Positions 54,977 to 64,000 of a DNA stretch of 64,000 nt are shown here, one piece after another. Within the stretch, counting starts at the first letter, position 1, and every line of letters begins with the position of its first letter. The position numbers and the translations under genes are program-made. The notes under the pieces were generated by a model, which worked only from the letters and a program-made list of their open reading frames with translations, ran no database searches and was not told where the DNA came from. Source of the stretch: Eukaryota sp. TZLM1-RC (Eukaryota > Protista > Metamonada: BaSk clade); contig JAUPSS010000012.1 of NCBI GenBank assembly GCA_040285825.1, positions 310,001 through 374,000 of the forward strand, in the 5' to 3' direction.

Positions 54977-57950
54977 TAATTTATTGAATTTGCACACTTG
55001 ATTAAATTAAATCATAACTAATGGGACGACTATCATTAAACCAAGATTTCCTCTACAAAATCTTGATTTGCTTGCTGTCTAGCTAAAGCTTCTCTAATTC
55101 GATTGAAAAACCGCGGTAATCTATTAATAATGGCAAATTGAATCCGTGAACGCCATAAAAAAATATCAAATCTTTTCATTGTTTTTTCTTTCACCATTTT
55201 TTGGAAGTCATCCAAAAAAGTTTCTGCTTCAACTGATAATCTTCCATTTATCGAAAATGGGAAAGCAATAAAAACCAGCTGTGTATTTCTATCGATATTT
55301 GCATCTTCAAATTCTTTATCATATTTTCTATGTTTTTCTTTTGCTTTAAAATCCAGAGCAGCCACAGGATTAAGTTTTCTTCTGTTAACCAAAGTATCGT
55401 TTGCAACATTACATGAGACAAAGTCAACAATAGCTTCAGAATTATCAATCCAATCACAGTATACATCACCTCTATCATCAGAACCAAAATTATTCAGAGA
55501 AAGTGTTTCTTTCAGCAGGGGCTCTTTGATACACGATATCCTTGCAGTTTGTGCCATATTGAAAACAGTGTCTCTAACAGCATCATGTAATGAAGAACGA
55601 TAAGTTATCAATTTAGAGCAATTTAGAGCATGGCGCAAAGTGAGTTGAGGTGAATTCGAACAAATACATTTTTCTTTTGATAATAATTGGTTAATGGGGA
55701 TGTTCAAATATAATCTCATTTTTGTTACAAATGCTTCATTAGTAGCACACAATCCAAATCTTCGTGGTACAATGGTTACAAAAAGTGAAGAATCTGACAC
55801 CTTGTTTTCACAAACACCCTTTTCCAATAACAATGAGTGAAGATCTTGATTTAAAACAGCCGAGCTGCAAATATTATTATAAAGATCTTTTTCATACATT
55901 CCAGTCAATCTTTTCTGTAATGTTCGAAGAGTGTACTTCAAATTTAAAACATTTTTTTCTGGAATATTGCCATTGAATGATTGGGGAAAACATCGACCCC
56001 ATTTTTCTACATCAATTCTTGAAATTTCTTCATTTAATGCAAAAACAGTGGAACTTTGCGTTGTCATCAATAAATCTTCCCAATCTGCAAATCTTTCGGA
56101 GAACTCAAAGATTGCATTTCTGCATCCACCAACAAAAGCACACGAGGTAAGAATAGAAGCCTTCGTCCACCCTAAACCACCATATTGTGGACTAAGGTAA
56201 GCATGATCTGGAATTTGAAACATTTTACATCCCAGTAATTGAGACAGAACTTTTGCACGTAACTCATTAAACTTTTTGAGCCAAAGGTCTAGTGACGAGA
56301 GGATTTGTAGATCGAAATATATGATTAAAATTGGAACTAAAACACAGTCTTATAATGGTAAATTTGATGTGTTTTTTTATATCTAAATTCATCATTCGGT
56401 CAATTTTGTCAGAAATTGAGTTCAACTTTTCAAACAATTTTTGGTAATTTCATCATTATTTCCTAAAAACGAACCCAAATGACGAATAGCATCAATTGAA
56501 TATAATTTGGCTTGAATTTCAATATCATCAATTATTGTGGAAACTGGAGAATTCGATAACAAAACACATTTAAGTAAATTAAGTCGGAGACCAATTTTGG
56601 TAAATAATTCTTTAAAACATACAGTTGCTTTTTTCACAATATTTAATTCACCAATCAGCACAACATCATCCATATATGCAATCATTTTTAGTGAAGGAAA
56701 CATCTCTTGAATTTGCAGTAGAATAGGATGAATGGCCAAACAAAACAAAAGAGGTCCTAACGGATCTCCTTGCTTTACGCCACTTGATGAAATCAAAATG
56801 TTGTTACCAAAATGTAAATTAGAATATGTGCAATATGTTGATTGAAAATATGGTATTAATTCTGGCATATATTGCAATAAAGCACCATGGATACTGCGAC
56901 GACTTAGCGAATTGAAAGCATTACTAAAATCCAATGACATGCAAACATTGGATTCATTTTGACGAAATAAGACATCAGTAGCAAAAATCGCTGAAGAGAC
57001 TCCATCTGTAGTATTTATACCATATTGAAAGGGTAATAAAATCTTTTTAGCTTTTTCATTGAACCTGCTTAAGCAACACGCAGAAAAAATATTATGTAAG
57101 CTCTCAGAGACTGCAATAGGACGAACATCCATTTTTGAATTTTTGACAAGTGCAGTCAAACGAGAACTTCTTAATTCTTCTGGGTACTTGCGTTGACCAG
57201 ATAATATTTGGTTGAAAAATTTGGTCAATAAACCAAGGCAATCTTCTGAAGAAATAATCGCGGCTTTTACATGATCAATAGTAATACCAGAAAGTCCGGC
57301 AGACTTACCACGAGGTCTCTTTTTGATAACCGAAAAAACTTCTGATGGCATCAATGGATAATTTTCCCAGTATGTGCCGTAAAAATTTTGATCCATAACA
57401 GGGTCTTCATAAGGATGAAGTATTTTCAGTTTATCTACTGTATTTTCATTGTTCGGTGCTTTGACTCCGGGACTTAAAAGCTGACAAAGCCTTGGACCAT
57501 TTGTTGTCAAAGCATTTGTCTTCAAAAATTTTACTTAATTTCTCGGATGACTGATTTCTCGGTGCTATATTGGTTAAATCTTCGGAATTACTAACGAAAT
57601 TTTGTTCAAAAGGAGGACAAAAAGAACCAAAAAATTCCCAAATAATATTGATAGCATACTTTCCTTTACATAATTGATCCAAAAATCTTTGAAAAACGAA
57701 AGCAAATTCATTGCATTTGGTCGGATGAATTTCTTGAGGTATTCTTATGGGAGGATGGTAGTTATCAACTATGCGGCATTTCAAGCAGCGATCAGAAGTT
57801 TTTCCTTTTGCATTTTTTCTAAAAGAAATACCACAAGTGTTGCAAGTTTTGTGCTTCAATCGATTGCTAACTGGTTTTGCAACAACTTGTGTTATTTAAA
57901 CTTGTGTTTATGTTATTTATTCCAATAAAAAACAAACTATACGACCAGGT
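54977..57950 (-). mobile_element. Near full-length CRE-like RLE non-LTR retrotransposon, family 1 (5' boundary uncertain)
   Basis: N-terminal CxxC..CxxC (57446-57859); RT with RPIAV, LDFSNAFN, GVKQGDPLGP, YMDD (56422-57525); CCHC plus RLE (55036-56223); breaks fall in homopolymers. Confidence 0.92.
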
Positions 57951-59425
57951 TAAAATTCTATGTCTTCATAACCCAAGTCAGCCAAGAACAATTGACTGGA
58001 GGTTTTTCTTTCATAAACGCGTCCAAGAGATAACAAATCTGAAGATAATAAGGGAACAACACCTTTGAAAATTGAAAATACAATTCTGTTTTACCAAAAA
58101 CTCTTGTCAAAAACTCTTCCAGTACGTTGTTTCACAATTTCAACAAAATCATCCAGAACAGACAAAGCAAAAGGTCCAAGCGTGCCATGATGATCTTCTT
58201 TTAGTTGGTTGCAATTTTTTGAATTCCATTGAGACCCCCTTTATAGTGAATATAACCCCATTATCCCTAGAATACCTGGAAGTTCAGTAAGTGAATGCTG
58301 GAAGTAAACTTGTCCCTGGAATAAACTTGTGGAATGAGTATAATAGATTGCAATTCTTAAGAACTTTTTGCAACAGTGTACTCTATTTTTGGAACAGTTG
58401 GAATTTAAAGGTATGGTGAAGAAGCCAATGCTAGCAGAAATAACAACTTGACTTTATTGTTTCCCCATTTGATTATAACGGAACACCATCAGGTACATTT
58501 GATATAGTATTTCAGTGAATTGTTGCTTTTCGTGCACTTAACATAAACAAAAACAGTTTAAACAATTTAAACTAGTGATGACGTGATCCACCTTCCTAAA
58601 ATTGAAGGTCACATTTAGCCACAGCTAACAGAATCATTTCAGCTATTTCAATCTACACAATATGTCACCACAAGCTTTGCTGCAGTGAACCCATTGTACT
58701 TGATTATTACTCTTTACCTCAAAAAGAGCTTTTTCAACAAGAGTTGATCAAATTCCAAAACAAACTTCCTTCATTCGTTTTTTCGTTCTGAAGTATAGGA
58801 AAATTGTTTTCATCAGGTTCTATCATTCATTCCTCACAATTCAACAGTTTTTTCCGAAATTGCACCAATAACAGAGAAAATATGAAAAAAAAATAATATG
58901 AAAAAAATAAAAGAATTATGGAAATGAACTGGAAAGAGTTAATGTTGAAATGAATTTTTATTATCTGTTTCCTGAAGGCTAATTTCCATAAGCTTAAACA
59001 GAAATTTTTTTGGTCTGATCACCAACAAATGGTGAATTCATCCAATTTTACAATTCCTATATTCATATTCCAGTTGCAATCAATACTCTATTTTATTTAA
59101 TTAAAAAAGGGAAAAATAAGCAAAAGTTCAGTTTTTGTGCAGTTTCGCCAAATTAGTTGTAAGTGTGTTGTCCTTGAATTATTGAAGTCAGAAGTTAGAT
59201 AACCCAATTTACACTAAGAATTTCGTAGCATAAATGTAATTTTCTGCAGGTAAAAATTTCAAAAATTTGTGCTGTAACAACAATGTTCTCAATTTGATGG
59301 TCAAAAAAGTCCATATCAACAAAAAATTATGTTTAATTACCAAAATTTAAACTTTTGAAAAACAATTGTAAAGCAACAATTTGCAAACTTAATGTGGAAA
59401 AAAACCCAAACCCAAACCCAAACAA

Positions 59426-60270
59426 TCACACAAACTCACCCAACTCAGATCCCTGCGCTTCATATTGCTTTTCCTTTGCATTTTGTGCGTGGAAGTTATT
59501 CAGACAATAGAGAATTGCCTTGAAATGATAGTACGCTCCGGCCATAATGAAGAAATGAAAAACTTCATGAGCATGAATGACCCCTGGAATGATAGTAAGC
59601 ACCGATTGGAAAAACCCTTCGATGATTGCTCCAACAGTGTAGGAAATCCCTCCCACAAAGAGATAGATAATTGGCTTCCTATCATGATGAGTCTTCCACA
59701 GCATAATGACAGAGATTACTGCGATCCAGCCAATGGCCACGTACAGTGCTCCCATGAGGATACTATCACCTAGATGTTTGAAGAAGATTGTCTTGAGGGT
59801 AATCGATGTGACAGAGACCGTACCAACGAAAATGACAAGCAACCATCTATATAAAAAGGTCTTGAAGCTCACTACATGGAGAGCAGTGAACGTGCCTAGC
59901 ATGAAACTTGAGAAGACAGAAACATACCAGAGATCATGGTAAAAATGGCAGCATGATCTAAACGACGGAGAACAGCACGGCTAGTAGTATAAGGTCTAAG
60001 CATGTGATAGACACCAGACATTGACATGCTAAAGCAAGCACCAAAAACGTACAACGCACAGCCTACAACAGCTTGCTTATCTTTGCATCTGGCAAATAGT
60101 TTATAACTAAACGTAGCAATCAAAATCGCAGTAATGAAATGTGTAATTGAAGAAACAGGTTCATGAAAGCCAAGAAATGGATAAATATCAAAGTATCTAT
60201 TTGAAGGAGGAGAACCTGGATTGGCAGAAGTTAGACCCAATAGACAAATTAGCAAAACAAAGGGATGCAT
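59426..60270 (-). CDS. Hemolysin-III/PAQR family membrane protein; intron 59896-59927 (32 nt)
   Basis: EPVSSITH, SGVYH, RRLDHAAIF, spliced ISGTFT, GG..YTVGA, HEVFHFF..AG..H. Confidence 0.92.
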
Positions 60271-60404
60271 TGGTTGAGGATATCAGAATATGGGAAATTC
60301 CCCATAAGTCACAATTGTGAAATTCACTTAAGGTGAATTCCCCCTACAAAACCCCCTATTAGTAGTGTTTCATAACCTTCTTTCAAATCAAATAAACATT
60401 TCCT

Positions 60405-62903
60405 ATGTCTAATTACTTCGACGACTACTTTGGACAAGAGACTCCTCTGTCATATATTAACGGCTTGTCAACACATCTTGAAGACAGTGTACCTCCCACC
60501 AAACGCAGACGTCTCTCTTTTGATGAAATGGATTCTGATGTTACTTCTTGTGAAGAGGACAATTCCGTCCAGCTTTTCCCCAATTCACTAAACTTTTCCT
60601 GGATTGATCAAGGAGGATTTAGCGTTGCTAGTTTCAACCTTTGTTATGCTCCGTACAAAGGTACATCCAAATTCTTTCACGATGAACTCTTGACTTTTTA
60701 CTTTCGAGACGACGAAGCCATCAGTGAAGACTCTTCAAAGAAGCCAATCTACTTACCACACATTACTGCTTTCGATTTTATTGAGTATATTACAGAACAT
60801 TTTGAATCTACAGCCAAAACTACAAAAACCCCTCTTTGGAACCAGAACACCCTACCTGCAACATCAAAAGCACAATTAACCAGCAAAAATTGGAAGCCAA
60901 TTTCAGACTCAGCTCTTCGAGGTTGGTTAAAGGCTGGAAAAAACACCATTATAAAAGTTTGTCCAGATATTCTCCCCCCTCTTTGAAATTCGAAATCAGC
61001 TTTCCTCTCTTTTGGATAATTTTGAAGAAGAATTGATGGTTCTTTCAGATTTAAATATTGAAAAACATCTTAAATTTTTCTTCCTCAGAATTTGTTATTC
61101 AGGGAAATTTACTCATATTTTACGATCAACATCACCATCTATTTCTCTCGAATTTTGCAGAATTTTTAATGAATTAAGAACAAAATTTTTGGCTAATTTG
61201 CTCGATATTGATTCTTCTTTTTTATGTAGTCATATTTTTTGTAGCACAGAATTGGGAGGCCTGGATTTTCACAAATCAAAATATTTGAGTAAAGCCGCAT
61301 TCATCGGTGGAGCAAAAAATTTCGTTTTTGAATTTTTGAAACGTTTTCCTGAAAACCAGCATTTGATAGAATGTTGTGTTAGTGACTATTTAGTGTCCTT
61401 GCAGAGTGAAATTGAATGCATCTCTCCTCACATATGGTCCAAATGCTTTCCTGCTGATATTCAAGAAATTCCACCCAGGAGTTTGATTTCTTTGAAATTT
61501 GCATATGCTAAATTGCAGAAAAAGATATTAAAAGTTTTTGAAAACTTGGATTTCACTGTTCGTCTTAGCTTGGCTAAAGAAAAGAATCCCGTTTTTGCAA
61601 ACTTTTTAATTGACCTCAAGGATAGTAGCTCAAGTTGTCTTATTTCCCAGATTCCAAATGTATATGGTCTATTATTAAATGATCATCAATGGACTACTGC
61701 CTTCAGGATGAGGTGTTTCCTGTGGCCTTGTAGTGTGCCAAATGATTTGATTTGTCGTTGTGGTCAGCTCATTAATCTGAATCATTTATTTAATTGCAAA
61801 TTTAATATTACATATCGCTCAGTTGTTCACGATGCTGTTAGAGACCAACTATACGCTATGTGCAAAAGCCATCTCATTGAAGCTTTTGTTGAACCACTTG
61901 TGCGAAGGTTGTCATCTGAAAATGAAAATGAAAATACTTTTGGGAAACGCCGTGCTGATTTAATTACCCCTGCGTCTGATGGTGTTATTAAAGTTGTTGA
62001 TGTTGTCACTGTTGATGTTTGTAAAGACTCAGCAATTGACTTTGCTGAAAAGAGCAAAATCAAAAAGTACAATGAACCCTTATCTCAGCTAGGACGTGTT
62101 GAGTATGTTAAGTATCAGTTGGTTCCATTTGCTGTTTCTCTTTTTGGTAACATTGGAATATCTGGCATTAAATTTCTTGAAGGTTTCAGAAGTTTAATAA
62201 AAGAAAGAGCAGGAAAAGAATTGAACTTCAATTTCTGGCACAATAGAATTGTTTTCAGTATTCTTAAAGCAATTCCAGAAATGTTGACCAAAGCACTGTT
62301 ACAATTAGAAATAGAGTATGAAAATCGCGCGCTTAAAAGATTTGATGATGTTGATGCGTGTATTGAGGATATTGAGTTCTAGTTTTTTGTTTAATGTTTT
62401 GTTAGCGTTGAAAATAAATTTATACCAATCAAAAAAAAGATATTACCAAGACGCTATACGACCAGCAACTAGAAGCTCAACGACAACAAAATTTGCGAGT
62501 TATTAGTATTGAAAGTCTTCAGAGCATGCACAGTACACTGAGCCTGTCAACTCAAGGTTGGGTTGAGTTCAAAATGCTTTATGAAAGCAATAAAATTGCT
62601 GATCTCTACATTGTTCCTGAAAACGTGCTCAGATTCAAAATGTTGAAGAGTTCCAAATACGATATTGAAGAAGTCTCAATGCTCGATGACCAGATCGTAC
62701 AATTTATCAAAAGAAAAGAAACACAGCTCGAAGAAGAGGTCAACTCCTTTAGAGAGGCTTTGAAAACAAAATATTCTGCTGAAATTAGTAATTTTGTTCG
62801 ATCAATGTTGAACTCAGCTCCGGTTCCCACACAGCTTAATGCTGATGCAGAGCTCATGTTTGACAGCTGTAGAAATGTTAGTGATCCTCATGCGAAACTT
62901 TAG
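60405..62903 (+). pseudogene. Unknown ~341-aa gene interrupted by a non-LTR insertion (60405-60971 plus 62445-62903)
   Basis: Removing the insert and one TSD copy gives an in-frame join KVCPDI/TKTLYDQQLEAQ. Confidence 0.8.
60972..62437 (+). mobile_element. 5'-truncated CRE-like non-LTR family 2 copy with poly(A) tail
   Basis: 7-bp TSD AGATATT (60965-60971 / 62438-62444); open 456-codon frame with GGL, CRCG..H..NC, HDAVRD, EPL, RRAD. Confidence 0.95.
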
Positions 62904-62955
62904 TTTTTGAAAAATTACTAAACGATAAAAATTTAATTATGTATTTTAGAAATCA

Positions 62956-63894
62956 TTAATCAGTTGACACAAATTTTTTCAATCTTTCACTGTGCAAATA
63001 AGGAGACTTGTAGTTTTGTTGTTCAACGTAACCAGAGTGATTAAAGAGCGAGTTACAGTTATAGTTACGTAAGCTCTCAAGACAAGAAAAAATAATTTGG
63101 GTAGCAGGCACGTCAGGATAAAGTTTAGCTTCGTTTCGAACTCGTCTTCTTAAGATAGAGAAAAAACTCTCGATAAGATTACATTCTGGGCAGTATGGGG
63201 GCAAAAGAATGTATTTAATACCGGTTTTACTTACAGCTGCAAAAATTTCAGGTGACCTATGAATTCGACAGCCATCTAATATCAGAACAGAGCGTGGACC
63301 TGGAAATCGATACGTTACACCATCTCTGATTAAGTCTTTTAAGAAGCCAACAAAATCTGATCTGCTGAAGTGACCTTCCTTCATATGTGAGATCACATAG
63401 CCAAACATGTTAATACAAACGACCAGTGATATTTGGCGTGCATTAATTTTTCCAGCTTTGGCATGAATAGGAACTTTCTTTTTAGAATATCCTTTGTTTC
63501 GATGAAAATGTTCGTTTCGAAAACTCAATTCATCAATAAATAGTAGTGAAGACTGAATAATAGATCCCACTTCTTTCAAAAGAAATGCGTCATAGTTACG
63601 ATGCAGACTCTCTTTACACTTGTAGAGGACTGTTGATGCAACTTTATTTGAATATCCTGAATCAACAAGAATTCTTCGGATTGTTGACACTGAAGAAGCG
63701 ATACCAAACATATTCCTACAGAGAGTCTCCATTTCATGTACAAACATAAACGGATCGTTATCAACTATCTTCAACAAAATGTCAACTTCTGTGCATTTGA
63801 ACTTTTTTGACCGTTTACGTTTGTGTGTACCCCATTTAGAGGCGTCAAAGGAGTGTTTTAACCATCGAGATATCGTTGATTGTGATATAATCAA
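62956..63894 (-). CDS. Tc1/IS630-family DD34E transposase (true start not resolved)
   Basis: HTH-like SQSTISRW and SVSTIRRIL; FIDE, LILDGCRIH, PPYCPECNLIE; 34 residues between the second D and E. Confidence 0.87.
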   Translation of the reverse strand: MIISQSTISRWLKHSFDASKWGTHKRKRSKKFKCTEVDILLKIVDNDPFMFVHEMETLCRNMFGIASSVSTIRRILVDSGYSNKVASTVLYKCKESLHRNYDAFLLKEVGSIIQSSLLFIDELSFRNEHFHRNKGYSKKKVPIHAKAGKINARQISLVVCINMFGYVISHMKEGHFSRSDFVGFLKDLIRDGVTYRFPGPRSVLILDGCRIHRSPEIFAAVSKTGIKYILLPPYCPECNLIESFFSILRRRVRNEAKLYPDVPATQIIFSCLESLRNYNCNSLFNHSGYVEQQNYKSPYLHSERLKKFVSTD

Positions 63895-64000
63895 CTAAAT
63901 TCCACAAGTCAACTCTATAAAAGTCAATTGTCAAAAAGAACTTGCCGAAGTTTGGCAACCACAAAGTCTGAGAACTCTATCAAAGTTGCTGAATTGGCAG

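Overview
AT-rich eukaryotic DNA from a flagellated protist (RSPH9 present). Its 26-35 nt GT-AG introns have a fixed branch-point-to-AG spacing reminiscent of metamonads; that lineage call is inference. About two thirds of the window is transposable elements. (1) An unusual Ty3/Gypsy-like LTR-retrotransposon lineage: element A (minus strand, 39-5834); a four-level nest D > B > C > non-LTR insert at 19800-41678; and a complete 1.1-kb gag-only mini-element (11067-12164). These have very short LTRs (81-141 bp) and 4-bp TSDs. In place of a tRNA primer-binding site, A, B, C and the mini-element have a palindrome CA-N8-TG straddling the 5' LTR end. (2) At least three families of CRE-like RLE non-LTR retrotransposons. 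(3) A pogo-like deletion derivative and a Tc1/IS630 DD34E transposase. (4) A Fanzor1-type RNA-guided nuclease gene (42919-44912, minus), split only by two single-base T-run insertions and followed by a structured, pseudoknotted omegaRNA candidate. Host genes: prosaposin-like, a multi-pass membrane protein, an SH3 protein, a TBC1D19-like pseudogene, ERCC6/Rad26, SKP1-like, V-ATPase subunit A, RSPH9, hemolysin-III/PAQR, and an unknown gene interrupted by a LINE. Many frameshifts sit in homopolymers and may be assembly errors. All calls come from reading the sequence by eye; no database searches were run.
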